DNA of 63,597 bases, filler included, from Octopus bimaculoides (GCF_001194135.2; 3 parts of 3 records of this genome joined end to end with filler, not necessarily neighbours in it), one strand, 5' to 3'. Shown: positions 24,337 through 37,731, numbered from the whole stretch's first letter. Notes: generated by a model not told the origin, from the letters alone. Translations and numbers: made by a program.

Positions 24337-25617
24337 CTACAGATAAATAAAGAGGTTGTTAATCCTCAGCTAGGCAATATTACAGACTTACAATCCTATG
24401 CATTCTCTGTTCGTTTTACAGTGTCTGCCAGGTGCATTTGTCATGGCACCAGCACTAAAGATGTCTCAATCATCAATCATTCTAGACAGTGTGTGAGGAG
24501 GGACTTTTCTACAATAGCACCAGCTCAGGGGTCATGTGTCTTGTACACAGTAAATGTAAAAAGTACTCAGTAACCTCAGATGTATTCTTCTGATCAGGTG
24601 AGTTTGGAGGGAAATAGGAGAGAAAGCAATGACATCATAAAGGCCAGAATGGATTAACAAAAGGGGGCAAGTGTGTTGGTGTAGGTTATATTTAGTAAAT
24701 TTAGACATATTTTGTTCAGGTGACCAATGAGGGAAATAAGAGAAAGAGGGCAATGGCACCCTCTTATACTATGGCATTCTTTCATCTCAGCTCCTATCAA
24801 TGAAAGACTGCAATTATACCGGTTTCACACATGTATATGCAATCTGATACCAAATCATGCACGAGCTCATTTAACGCTACCAATACACATGAAGTTGACA
24901 CACACAAAGTCAGACTGCACACTCTGCACACAAGCAACACTGCATGCAATTCAAACTTACTTGGATATGCACCTGTATACTTGTTGTCTTGTATATGTCA
25001 CCTCAGATTCCCTCTTCTGATACCTATGATCTTTCTGACCTTGCATCACATCCATCTGTATCTTATACACTTTAGATTCATCATTCACAATTCAAAACAT
25101 TGTTCAATTTTCACATAATGCACATTTCTCTAAGTTTTCCTGGAACCATTCATTTTTGAAAATTCACGAAAGCAGGGAGTGATGAAGCAGATTATTATAT
25201 GGACTCTTAGCCAGGAATTGAAACCTTAGTCTAGATTTTTCTGTGAGCTCCTTTCCATTGTTCTTGGCATTACCACTTAGCAGTTTATAAGAGTCAACTG
25301 TCATACTTAGATAAGTCTTATCATTTCACTTAACATCTTAGGTTAAATTTAGTTCAACTGAAATAAACACACTCTCTTCTTTTGCTCTCAAGACTTCCTT
25401 CTAATTTCCAATGTGTCTTCTACTATAGTTCAGGCCAACCAAAGGTGTACGAATAAACTTGCTGAGAATGAAAACAAAGCAGTCCATATATGGAACCTGA
25501 TGCAACTCTGATCAAACCATCCAACTCATACCAGCATGGAAAACAGATGTTAAAGGATGATGATAATGATGATGACATACATACACACACACACACATGC
25601 ATATATATATATATTCT

Positions 25618-25776
25618 GAGTGGTTGGCGTTAAGAAGGGCATCCAGCTGTAGAAACTCTGCCAAATTTAGATTGAAGCCTGGTGTTGCCATCCGGTTTCA
25701 CCAGTCCTCAGTCAAGTCGTCCAACCCATGCTAGCATGGAAAGCGGACGTTAAACGATGATGATGATGATGATGAT
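25618..25776 (+). mobile_element. SINE family D, young copy; an older tail lies at about 25495-25575
   Basis: gagtggttggcgttaagaagggcatccagc...ggaaagcggacgttaaacgatgatgat. Confidence 0.9.
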
Positions 25777-26026
25777 ATATATNNNNNNNNNNNNNNNNNN
25801 NNNNNNNNNNNNNNNNNNNNNNNNNNNNNNNNNNNNNNNNNNNNNNNNNNNNNNNNNNNNNNNNNNNNNNNNNNNNNNNNNNNNNNNNNNNNNNNNNNNN
25901 NNNNNNNNNNNNNNNNNNNNNNNNNNNNNNNNNNNNNNNNNNNNNNNNNNNNNNNNNNNNNNNNNNNNNNNNNNNNNNNNNNNNNNNNNNNNNNNNNNNN
26001 NNNNNNNNNNNNNNNNNNNNNNNNNN

Positions 26027-26133
26027 TAAATAAGTACCAGTTACAGACTGGGGTCAATATAATCGATTTAATCCGTTTGCCTGTCCTTGTTTGTCCCCTC
26101 TGTGTGTAGCCCCTTGTGGGTAGTAAAGAAATA
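26027..26133 (+). mobile_element. SINE family A 3' half emerging from a gap
   Basis: taaataagtaccagtt...gtcccctctgtgtgtagccccttgtgggtagtaaagaaata. Confidence 0.9.
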
Positions 26134-26718
26134 ACACATACATACATACACACACGCACACACACATACATACACACACACACACACACACATGTTAAAT
26201 TCAAATTACAATAAACGTAAAGAAACAAATGAAGTTTGCTTTTAGAAGTGTTGAGATGTCTAAGAAAGTTAAAGAAGTGATTTTAAATTCTCAATCGCAG
26301 GATAATTCTAATAATATAACCTGAACAGGATAAACTACCCCTATTTTTGCAGAAAGAACTGTAGGGGGTTAGCTACGCTTCTATTTTATTATAGTTTACA
26401 AATAACAATAAATTTATTTAAGTAGAATTTGGCTAATTTACTACTTTAAATACAGAAAACAAGTAACTAATTCGACAAACTTAGAAATTAGCTGAACAGT
26501 TTTGTACAATAAATTTAAAAGATGAGAAACATACAAAGTGATAAATTAGAAGAATTGGAATTCTTTGCCAAAATATTTTAAGTAAAAACTTTCTTATTCT
26601 TTACTTGAAGTAAGAGTTTGTCCTTTACTTTTCCAGGTTTATAATCGTAAGAATATCACTTTCCATGTTGACATTTTTCCATGTAATAACATTCCTCTCC
26701 ATTATAAACATTATAAAC

Positions 26719-27077
26719 AACCACATGGTCCCGGGTTCAGTCCCACTGCGGGGCATCTTGGGCAAGAGTCTTCTACTATAGCCTCGGGCCGACCAAAGCC
26801 TTGTGAGTGGATTTGGTAGACGGAAACTGACAGAAGCCCGTCGTATATATGTATATGTGTATGTGTGTGTCTATATGTTTGTGTGTCCGTGTTTGTCTCC
26901 CCAACTTCGCTTGACAACCAATGCTGGTGTTTACGTCCCCTGTAACAGAGCGGTTCGGCAAAAGAATCCGATAGAATAAGTAATAGGCTTACAAAGAATA
27001 AGTCCTGGGGTCGATTTGCTCGACTAAAGGCGGTGCTCCAGCATGGCCGCAGTCAAATGACTGAAACAAGTAAAAGA
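26719..27077 (+). mobile_element. SINE family C, near full length (extreme 5' end missing)
   Basis: B box gggttcagtccc, core gggcaagagtcttctactatagcctcgggccgacc, tail ggcggtgctccagcatggccgcagtc...gaaacaagtaaaaga. Confidence 0.9.
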
Positions 27078-27224
27078 GAGAGAGAGAGTATTTATCTCCA
27101 TTATCGTTTTGTTTTCGTCCAAACAATCGCAGTGGAAGGAGTTTATTCTCTTTTGTTTTTTAAAGGGTTTAGGATCGAGAGAATGAGCAATAATAAATAC
27201 CAGCAATATGATAAATACACTCAC

Positions 27225-27240
27225 CTTTGATAATGAAATA
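27225..27240 (-). CDS. Candidate micro-exon (16 nt), or 3' end of a non-coding first exon
   Basis: Acceptor tcaactcatttttatcag|, donor AAG|gtgagt; reads ISLSK in phase 2-0. Confidence 0.35.
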
Positions 27241-27354
27241 CTGATAAAAATGAGTTGAAATAATATTTTATGTTTAAACTTTGATGGATTGTGTTGAAGA
27301 ACAAAAGAAAATGATTCAGAAAGAAGAACTGAATAAAGCAGACGATAATTAAAG

Positions 27355-27405
27355 ATCGGGAAAAGTCGGAAGTTTTCGGTAAAACACGGCGTCAACGGAA
27401 ATATT
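27355..27405. promoter_or_regulatory. Possible CpG-containing promoter element with ETS-like cores
   Basis: tcggaagt (27366-27373) and acggaaat at the edge of the CpG-poor domain; motif-only evidence. Confidence 0.25.
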
Positions 27406-27639
27406 TGATTTTTTAATTTTCTCCCTGGTTATGAAAACATTCGCGTGCAAATTAAATATTTAAAAGCTATGAGCAAACCAACAGGATTTGCTAGAAATAA
27501 CAGTCAAAACATTGCTTAAAACAGACATTTATTAGTTAAGAACGAAAGTTTGTAATACACTCAGTGACTTTATAAAATATATGATCTTTCTCACATCTCC
27601 TTCTCCACATAAATTCACGAAGATAAGAGTCAACCATGG

Positions 27640-27930
27640 AACGGTGTGTCCCACACCGGCGTTTGTTTCTACGCTTTAAAGATGCCCGCATGCGCAACAC
27701 CTTTGGTTACTATGGAAACAGTTATTCGCCACGATGAAGTAAGTGTAAAACACTCGCTTCTGATTGACTAAAATACCAAAATCTTTCAAATTTTAAAGGC
27801 TAATAACTTTTTAATTATGAATCTATAGGGAAAATTAATTTAATTTTCATAATTAGCATGCAAAACTTAATCCATTTACCAAATTTGAAAACAATTAGAA
27901 TAAAATCGTAAACAATGACGAAAAGTCATA
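27640..27930. other. Motif cluster (NRF1-like gcatgcgca, X-box-like gttactatggaaac, ctgattg); probably a DNA-transposon terminal region
   Basis: Motifs seen at about 27688-27718; downstream ctgattgactaaaataccaaaat resembles the 2866-2900 sub-TIR of the MITE. Confidence 0.35.
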
Positions 27931-27934
27931 AAGA

Positions 27935-28250
27935 TAGGTGGATGGACTACATTGCAGGTCTCGGTACGCTGTCGAAAGCCTCCCCCAAGTCCCAGAACAC
28001 AGATGCTACTTGAAGATACTAGTTGTTCTTCTGTTGGTGACTAAAACTAATCGCAATGTTGGAAATCTTTCGTATCTTCAGTAAATATCTCAGGATCGCT
28101 TTCGTTCTTCAGCCTTTACCCTTCCTCCGAGCGAAAGAAATATCTCGAAGTATTTTCACCGACGTCCTAAAGATTCTGCCATCTTCGGGAATGCTTTCTG
28201 ATTTGTTCGACAAAAGAACCAGCTTGAGACGACAGGATTAAACACTGTCA
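27935..28250 (-). mobile_element. RTE-clade RT fragment (decayed)
   Basis: Minus VFWDLGEAFDSVPR corresponds to the RT motif DLEKAFDRVPR. Confidence 0.65.
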
Positions 28251-28269
28251 CAGTAAGGCAAAATAAGAA

Positions 28270-28445
28270 GAGCGCCAGATGAAGTGCTTTCCGCTATTTA
28301 GTTACGTTTCGTTTAAGTCCTGAGTTCAAATCCCACCTCGTCGACTTTGCTTTTCATTTTTCTATAGAATATGTAAAATAAGTAACCTTCAAGCACTGAA
28401 TGTCGATCTAATGAAACTACTAATCCTTTCCGAAATGTTTTGCCC
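28270..28445 (+). mobile_element. SINE family A, diverged
   Basis: ctgagttcaaatcccacctcgtcgactttgcttttcat. Confidence 0.65.
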
Positions 28446-29453
28446 TTGAGATTATTGTTTAGAAATAATTAACCGTTAATAGAATCTTTTTCCATGGCAA
28501 CGGGAGAAGCAGAAACACCCAAATACACAAACTCTAAATAAAGAAAAGCAGCTAAAAAATTGATAAACCAACCCTAAAAGCATAACTTTTGATGAAGATT
28601 ATAAATTCGGAAATTTCCTCAATCAGTTCGACAAGTGCACGTTTATCACAGAAATAGGAAGAAAGAGATTTTCTTTTTCTTAAAAGAAGAAAGGAAACAA
28701 AATTACGAAGGGGTGAAAATCAATAAAAGCAGACGCTAGATTCCTTGCAAGTCTGACATTTTTCACTTTTATAACAGTGAAAACTATGGGGAAAAAGAAA
28801 ATTATTATTTGTTGTCGATAGATCGTCAGGAATCTATAAGTGTCAAATGAAGAAAGAGAAAGGGGGAGAAATATATATGTGTGTGTGTGTGTGTGTAAAT
28901 ATGTGACAATTATTTGGTAGCCATGATAAAACTCCGAGTTTCGGATGTCGGGGCGGAAACCCACGCCGCTATCTCTTCAGTTATCGGGCCATCGAAATTA
29001 AAAAATGCTATGAAAATGACCGCTATTAAGACAAAGGGAAATTGCTGTGTGATTGACCATTATTTAGAAAAAAGAGCTATTAGAATGACCGCTAAGTGAG
29101 GGGAGAGAGTAAAGGTAAGGGAGTAAAAATGTTCATAGTATTCGCGTAAGCGCACCAGTCCATACATACACATGCGCGTCCGTACACCCACGTACTTGCG
29201 CCTATATGTATATACTCATCCACCCTCACTTGAAATACACACATGCTCACCCACACATTCGCCAAAAAATATATACATACTCGCATACACGCTCGCACAC
29301 GCACACGCGCGTACAAAAAGGTTCACACACACGTCTATATACGCACATGCACAAGAAAAAAACAGGACTAAAGGCAAAATACAGAAAAATGTGTAAAAAA
29401 TAAGTAATAGAAATAAAACACGTCTGTATACGCACATACTCGTAAGCACGCAC

Positions 29454-29553
29454 NNNNNNNNNNNNNNNNNNNNNNNNNNNNNNNNNNNNNNNNNNNNTTA
29501 ATTAATTAANNNNNNNNNNNNNNNNNNNNNNNNNNNNNNNNNNNNNNNNNNNN
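29454..29553. other. Artificial 100-bp scaffold spacer: N44-TTAATTAATTAA-N44
   Basis: Palindromic six-frame stop linker centred in Ns; identical construct at 49400. Confidence 0.97.
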
Positions 29554-29730
29554 TAGGGCAGCGATGTCAAATTCTCTTATACACCAGATGTGCCATCAAA
29601 ACTCTTGATTGGACTATATCAGGTGCAGGAGAAGAACCATGCAAGGAACGTGAAGAGAGCAAAGCATAAAGACAGAAAATCACGGTGGTGCTCCAGCATG
29701 ACCACAGCCACTTGGCTGAAACCCATAAAT
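29554..29730 (+). mobile_element. CR1-like LINE 3' end
   Basis: AAMSNSLIHQM followed by ggtggtgctccagcatgaccacagcc...gctgaaac; same as 53890-54015. Confidence 0.7.
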
Positions 29731-30689
29731 AAATAAATAAATATGTATGTATACATAGTAAAGTCTATTTGCCAACGTAAGTTGACAGTCCTGATTAGGA
29801 TGATGTCACTAGCTTTTTTAGCCCCAGGGAAACAGGGAAACCTCTTTTCCTTTTGCTGAGGCTAAATAAGGGTGCAGTCCTTACATTGACAAATAGATTT
29901 TACTCTGTAGAACTCTACTACTTACTTCTCGCTCAGAGACTTAAAAGTATATATGCATACATATGTGTGTGTGTATACATACACACACATATACGTATGT
30001 ATATATATATGTATGCATGCATGTGTGTGACTTAAACATGCTGGCAGAGTTGAAATTCGTAATACGAATTTGAAAAATTCAGCTTCGGAGGGAGAGAGAG
30101 ACATAGATAACGATATATATTACATATTAATCGGTGTATATATATATATTGGTGTATAAAATAAATTTATGAATTATATATCATACGCAATGTGAGAGTA
30201 GTTATATAGACAAAATCGATAGCAATGAAATTATATAAAATATTATAATATATATATACATATAGTTATGTATATACGCTTGTGTGTAAATGTATACAGT
30301 TATATTTAAGCGTATGTATTTATAACGAACTCGCGCGCACACACACACACACGTGTGCATTTATATGTAAATGTGTGTATGTGTGTTTATGTGTTTTTGC
30401 CTACTGTAAATAAATTGTTTTTTTTATCTATGTATTTACGAGTTTATTCCATGCGCATTCCTGTTTATACCTGCCCAACCTATTTGCATAAACACAGGTA
30501 TATAAGTATAAAATGCGTCTTTATGGAGCTAATAAAAGTGTAATAATAACATAACAGATCATTGAGAGACATATATTTCGCACATATTTCTAGTCGTTTA
30601 TCATATTTATTATTAATCGATGTTAATAGTACATAGCGAACTCTTTCAGCCGAGCGTTCACTGATTATGGAATTACAAGTAGTTGCATT

Positions 30690-30907
30690 ATGGCGGCAAG
30701 CTTACAGATTCGCAGATCGTCGGACGAAGCGCTTCGCGGCTTTTGTTTTGGTTCTTTACATGCTGAGTTCCAATCCGGCTGAGATCATCAACTCTGTGGT
30801 TTTTGTCCTTTTGGACCAGATCAAATAAGTAGCAGTTGAATGTTGGCATAATCGGTTAAACCCGCTCTCCTCAATACTCCTGGTATTGTGCCAAAATTTG
30901 AAACCAT
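30690..30907 (+). mobile_element. SINE family A, diverged
   Basis: ggcggcaagc...gagttccaatccggctgag...ttgtgccaaaatttgaaacca. Confidence 0.7.
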
Positions 30908-30916
30908 TCTTATCAT

Positions 30917-30963
<47 letters not shown>

Positions 30964-31270
30964 TGTATTCCTGTGTTTTGCATAATGTCCATACTTTTTA
31001 CTCGATTTCCCCTTCCTCTGCCATTTCTTCCCATCGGCTTTTCCATGCAAACCCACATACATATTGCAAACTGTCCTTTTAATGGCCCTCTTATCTGATG
31101 CTTCTGTAGCAAATAAAAAGAATTATTATCATTAATGTTATAATTAATATTATTATTTTATGATCATCATTACACACACATACGTGTATATGTATGTGTG
31201 TGTGCGTGTGTATATGTATGTGTATGTGTGTGTGTTTATACATACATACATACATACATACATACATACA

Positions 31271-31301
<31 letters not shown>

Positions 31302-32329
31302 GTATTTTGTAGTACGAAACACTATGTGAATGATATTAAATCATGATGAACAGATTTCTACTGTTGAATGAATTATTATTCCAATGTTATTTTTCTACTT
31401 CTTTACATTGATCCTCTGCTTTTGTTGATATTTTGGGATTGTATTTTGCTATTAATAAACCTTTTGAGGAATTTTATATAGGAACGGATGCACATGAATG
31501 ACTACTGCCATCGGCTGTTCATGCACTTACAAGAAGACATCATTGCTGTATATTACAATGTAGAGCACGAACCAAATCCAGAGAGAAAAACCATTCTTTG
31601 CGAAAGCTATATTTTATATAGGATACCACAAAAGGAAATACATTAGCTATGGAAACTATAAATAGTAAGAGACAAAGAAATCAACACATAGGTAGCGCAC
31701 CTCATGAATAAACAATGATAAAAACTTGGCATTAACAGGTGAACATTTGTTTTGATACATTTGTTACCAGTTCAAATATGCTTGAGGCATATTCGAACCC
31801 GTAAGAAAGTTATTCATTGTAATTTTTCAGGGAGATAGTTTTTCGTAGGATGCATGCAGTTTGGAGTGGTTATCTCCTCCTCAGCAATAGAGGGTGCAAA
31901 GGCAGACACTGCGAGCTGACACAAGAGACAGGTCCCTCTTTTGATATTACCGTCATCGTTCGATAGCTGGTCGTGCTATTTAGCGACTGGCCGTAAACAA
32001 AACACGGGGTGACAGCGCTAAGCAGTGATGTGGATTGCCATGGTTCTTGCTGCTCATTTCAAAAATGGATTAATAAGACACTTCTAACACTGACATCTCA
32101 TTCAGAAGATGGGACTGAGAAGTTCTCGAAAATCTTGGCACGGATACGTTTTCGTTTCATGTTACACATAAAAGACGAATATGGGAAGAGAATCATTCAT
32201 AAAACTAAGTAAATTTGAACATATGAAATGTCCCAAATAATACGCGCGCGTGTGTGTGTATGTATATGTGTGCGTGTATGTGCGTGTGTGTTTATGTGAG
32301 TCTGTGTATCTGCGTATATATGTGTGCCG

Positions 32330-33130
32330 GTATCAGTTCTTCAATTTCCAACCAGACTTTTTATGCTCAAGTTCCGTGAGAACAGCAGACGATTTTAGCC
32401 TTCCTGAGGGCTTATCAATTTAAGTCTCAAACTATAGGCAAGTCCTGCAAACACGGGATCTATATTAAATCAACGAGCAGAGCACTTGAATATGTCCCCC
32501 AATGTGGTCATATCATCCTCGTCTACGCTAAATGTACAACATTCGCCTAGAATCCTTAAAGAGCGTTACTACAAAATCTAGGCCTCACGATCACTGATAT
32601 TCTCTTTTAATGAACGAAAATCAATATAGAAAAGACTGCACCTCAAAGATTGGCTTTCTTCAGAGCTAGGAAATCTTTTTTCTAAAACTACTAACTCTAC
32701 AAAGTTCAATTCCTACACACAAAGAGGAATAGGTTCCACTGGAGGCCCGGGGCTTCAGATATGCTCCCATAAATCGTGGACAACATTAGAAAAAGATCAT
32801 TCAACGGATTGCTATGATGTCAGTCACACGTTTCAGACTGTTTTGCCGCTACACTGCTGACTTCCGTTCCTCGGACCTTGTCAAATACACTCATTTCTTC
32901 CTGATTCACACATTTTTCCATTTTTGTCCACATCTCAGGTCTTCCTACTGTAAACTTCAACTCTCAAAAACTTTCTTCTAGAATCCCCCCCACTTTTTTT
33001 TTTTTGAACCAGATGATATGCAACTTTTCAAAGCGAACGCCAACCGCATTTACCCCACCATTTTACTCTCAGATCTGTAAATAACTTGGGCGCAATTCCT
33101 TCCTCTTCAACAAACCAATGACTAACATCT
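32330..33130 (+). mobile_element. Decayed CR1/Jockey-group LINE C-terminal fragment
   Basis: LAFFRARKS at 32650 and QLFKANANRI near 33020; same type as 10540-11240. Confidence 0.5.
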
Positions 33131-33524
33131 AAAAGGTAAAGCGACGGCCAATGTTGAAATGCATTCGTATAATACATTTATTTACTTGTATAATTGTATG
33201 TGTTTGTATCAGCATAATGCCTATATTATTCACTCATCTATTTATGTACCTTCTCATATATATGTGTGTGTCTGTGAATGTGTATCCTTGTTTGTCATGA
33301 AATTTCTGGTTCTCATTGATTTTCTTGCCTATAAATATCGAACTTCCTTTAATTAACTAACAAAATAGTGTTTTTAGATCAGCTTGATAAACGTATAATT
33401 AAAAAATGCAAGGAACACTCAATTCCAAAAGCAGCTATTTAGAAATCTAGAATACATGAATACATGTTCAAAATTAACGGAAATCTATACTTGGAAATGG
33501 TCAGACAGACAGACAGACGGACTG

Positions 33525-33575
<51 letters not shown>

Positions 33576-33627
33576 AAAACACAAAGGAGTTAACAAGGGA
33601 TATTAATCCAGGCGAAATACATCTTAA

Positions 33628-33775
33628 CCACATGGTCCCGGGTTCAGTCCTAGTGCGTGGCACCTTGGGCAAGGGTCTTTACTATAGCCTCGCGCCAGTG
33701 TCTTCTACTATAGCCTCAGGCTGACCAAAGCCTTGTGAGTGGATTTGTTAGACGAAAACTGAAAGAAGCACGGCG
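33628..33775 (+). mobile_element. SINE family C 5' part with internal ctatagcctc duplication, abutting the Tc1 fragment
   Basis: aaccacatggtcccgggttcagtcc...gaaactgaaagaagcacggcg. Confidence 0.85.
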
Positions 33776-34766
33776 AAATGTTTGGTTTATCAAGAATACT
33801 GTCAGCTTTTGAGAAACAGGGAAAACCCTCCTCGTCGAAAGAAAACTCCGGGAGAAAACCAAAATTTTCAGATAGGGACAGTCGGACCCTTATGCGAATT
33901 GGGAGAAAGGATCACAAAAGTACAGCTCCCAATATTACTGCAGAGCCTAATGACCACCTTGAGAACGCCGTTTCAACAAAAACTGTTCGCTGGGAGCTGC
34001 ACAAAGCCGGATTTCACGGGAGGGCTGCAATCAGAAAACCACCACTTTCAAAAACAAACGTTGCAAGTCGTTTAGAGTGGAGTAAAAACCTACAGAATTG
34101 GTCCCTAGAACAGTGGGAAAATGTTATTTTCTTGGACGAGACATCATTTACCTTATTTCCAACCACAGGCCGAGTATACGTGTGGAGACAGCCAAAAGAA
34201 GCATTTGACCCAGACTGTCTTCTTCCAACTGTTAAACATGGAGGGAGATATGTGATGATCTGGTGGGTTATATCTTGGAAATCCGCCGGTTCAATGGTTT
34301 CCCTTCATGGCAGAATAAATAGTCAGGACTATTTAAGCATTTTATCTGATCAAATTCATTCTATATTTGTGGAACTGTTTCCGGAGGGAAACGCAATCTT
34401 TCAGTATGATAATGCACCAATTCACACAGCTAAAGTTGTTACCGAATGGCACTAGGAACATTCTAGTGACGCTGAACATCTTATCTGGCCATTACAGTCC
34501 CCAGATCTCAATATTATTGAACATTTAGGGTGCAGTTTAGAAAAACAAGTAAGGAATCGATATCCTCTACCATTATCACTACAAGAACTGGAGAATTTTT
34601 TAGCTGAAGAATGGACAAAAATTCCTTTGGAAACAATTCAAACTTTGTACGAGTCCATACCTCGTAGAATTCAAGCTGTAATTACTGCTAAAGGCTGGCC
34701 TACCCCATATTAAAATAAATTTCTTTGAAAGTTTACGGTGTTTCCATTATTTTGTCCAACCCCCTG
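33776..34766 (+). mobile_element. Tc1-like transposon, 5'-truncated; transposase with one premature TAG (34453), natural stop at 34711, 3' TIR
   Basis: GRKPKFS, IFLDETSF, TVKHGG, QYDNAPIH, WPLQSPDLNIIE, AKGWPTPY*; TIR ggtgtttccattattttgtccaaccccctg. Confidence 0.95.
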
Positions 34767-35298
34767 AATGTGTGTGTGTGTGTGTGTTTGTATGTGTGTG
34801 TATTTGCGTGTATGTATATATATGTATGTACATAGATTCTGACAGACGTCTGTCATAACTTATAATACATGCGCACAACGAAAAGCAGATTCTATTGAGA
34901 AATAACGGGTGTGAGTTAATGAGCTATTTTTCGTATCAGTCAGTCAACCTGTCTCTTTCAACAACAGTTTAGCGTTGGAAGCGACAAACTTAATATACAT
35001 AATATATGCATGACATAATTACCCACGCCGACGCAAGCACATATAGGACCTAAATAGATATGTGCGTTATACGAGTGTGGACGTATTTCAACATTGGCGG
35101 CTCTCGAATGCTATAACATTTACGTAACACCATCAACGTGAGTTTTACGATCGGTGTGGTAGAAGGATTGTGTGAATGTCTTTTGAACACCCACCGATAC
35201 TGGTATGAGTGATCCTGTTACTATTCGTCGCGAATAGGAACAATTGGGAGGAGTGGTTAGAGTGAGTCTTGGGAGGTGCTGTCCAAGCTTGATTCACT

Positions 35299-35334
<36 letters not shown>

Positions 35335-35618
35335 TTATTTATATATTTTAATATATGTATCCACATCTATCTANNNNNNNNNNNNNNNNNNNNNNNNNNN
35401 NNNNNNNNNNNNNNNNNNNNNNNNNNNNNNNNNNNNNNNNNNNNNNNNNNNNNNNNNNNNNNNNNNNNNNNNNNNNNNNNNNNNNNNNNNNNNNNNNNNN
35501 NNNNNNNNNNNNNNNNNNNNNNNNNNNNNNNNNNNNNNNNNNNNNNNNNNNNNNNNNNNNNNNNNNNNNNNNNNNNNNNNNNNNNNNNNNNNNNNNNNNN
35601 NNNNNNNNNNNNNNNNNN

Positions 35619-35689
<71 letters not shown>

Positions 35690-35989
35690 CAATAATGTAA
35701 TTGGTTTCATATTTCGATATTGACATCCGATGATATGATCGGTAATCGATATAACTATTGATTATTGAAACGTACATAATCAAATATCTGATATTACAAT
35801 AATTCGTTTTTGTTTTGTTCTTGTAAACTATGTTTGTCGCCCGCAGCCCGACTCTATATTGATTCTTTCCCTAACGGCGTTATACTGGAGAGTGAGTTTC
35901 AACGACAAACAGTTGTTACTTCTGCTTTTGGAGAGGGTAAAAAAGAAAGCTTTATTCGCCTGGATGGCGTCTGTACCGTGAACAGGAGG

Positions 35990-36185
35990 TGACATACTGA
36001 GACACTGGAAAACTCTTTAGTAACAACTGTGGCAATCAGCACATTGGATAGGTCTGTAGTTTCCATCCACCGTAGAGCGCGGGTTTGGTGCCCTACGACT
36101 CTCATGTGAACGGCCCAATGAAGGACAGTCTCCAAGAACAGCCATTTCATGACACATAGGAAGTGAAATGTGGCTGCGAACAACA
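35990..36185 (+). mobile_element. Old mariner transposase C-terminal fragment
   Basis: From 36064: HPP*SAGLVPYDSHVNGPMKDSLQEQPF resembles HPPYSPDLAPSDFHLFGPMK. Confidence 0.65.
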
Positions 36186-36189
36186 AAAG

Positions 36190-36191
36190 GC

Positions 36192-36249
<58 letters not shown>

Positions 36250-36485
36250 ATAGCCGAATTGTATTGGTTTCTTTGTAGATTTTCTCAAACAGCCCTCTAT
36301 TCATTCACATTTAACTTCGAAGTTGTTGCCATACAGTGTTGTTGTTTTTGTTGTTGATGGCGGCGGCGGCGGCGGCGGTGGTGGTGGTGGTGGTGGTAGT
36401 AGTAGTAGTGGTGCTGATCGTCGTCGTTATGACGAGAAGGAGGAGGACGACGACGACGACGACGACGAAGAGGAGAAGGAGGAGG
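36190..36485. repeat. (GTA)n, (GCG/GTG)n, (ACG)n, (GGA)n trinucleotide tracts
   Basis: Direct inspection. Confidence 0.95.
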
Positions 36486-37656
36486 TTAAGTAAAATTGAT
36501 ATAACAAGAAATAGAGGTGTAGAGAAATGAAGAGAATTCGCGACTACTACGATGTTGATGATGTTGGGAGGTTGTCTTTGGTGTTGCCTCTTTTTAATTC
36601 TCTAAATATTTTTCCACAACTTAAATACCAACATTTGGCGACAGCTCTGAAAACAGCCTTTCATGTTTACGATCAACAAAGACTGACCAATTCAGCTCCT
36701 CAACCCCAACCCAGATCGAAGATCGAGTTGAAGGTTAATCTTCTGACCGATTAACAGGTAATATACCGGATTCAGAGGATATATTATTAAATAGAAATTT
36801 CATAATTTCATGTTGCGGATTACCTATGTAAATATAAATTTGTTTTTAATTTTTTTGTTCTCAAAAGGCACATAAATAAATTTTCTTCATTCTTCTTTAG
36901 TTTGATTGTAGGGAAAATTTTTAGGTTAGTAACGCGACAATTTTGGTTTGATTTTGATAACTAACTTCGGTTTCAAGAGTAAACACTTCTCTATTTATTC
37001 TTTCCAGATATTCTCAAGCTTCAAATCTAACGAACAATAATTGCTGTAATGGTGGTTAATTTATTAAGTAGACGTACATTGTCGGCAATGAAAAATTAAT
37101 TATACGCTGAGAACTTTGCTTAATATTCCGCCCAGTGTGCATCACACTGTATAAATTATAAATTAATTGTCTTTTCCTGTGACATTGATAGCATATTAAA
37201 CGCAAAACTATTTTAGCCAGCAAGTCATCATTCTTATATGATCCCACGCCTTACTACTTCATTTCACCATCTTTATACACTAATTACTTACAGATCCATG
37301 GATATCTTTTCTTTCTTGGCTATCAGCAACCTTTTAAAATATCGTATATGAAATGCCAACTATTTTGCATCTCCTTGCCCAGAAAATTGCATTTTTGCAG
37401 TAACTATGGACAGTTTAGTTATAATTCCCACACTTTCCTCGATGTATAATGTTTGCTGTAACCGGTAAATGCATTCGTCTATGTATATACGACCACCATA
37501 CATTTCTCCTTAAACATACCTGTATATATTTTATCTATGTTCTGTCTCATCTCTTCCAGTCAGGGATGCATGATTTCTATACAATCAGCTTTTTCAGACC
37601 TTCTGTAGTGGTAACAGGACAAACAAGTGACATGATATTCAGCTGTGCTTTCATAG

Positions 37657-37731
<75 letters not shown>

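Noticed and set aside
27725-27745. cgccacgATGAA|gtaagt as first coding exon of a plus-strand gene
   Set aside because: Lies in probable transposon terminal sequence; no convincing downstream exon chain
33030-33055. Minus RLAFA as a Helitron PIF1 motif
   Set aside because: Context is missing (no TINKSQG); the plus strand fits a CR1-group LINE better
36527-36754. ORF with LKTAFHVYD resembling an EF-hand entry helix
   Set aside because: No Ca-binding loop follows, no good acceptor, and it begins in a microsatellite flank
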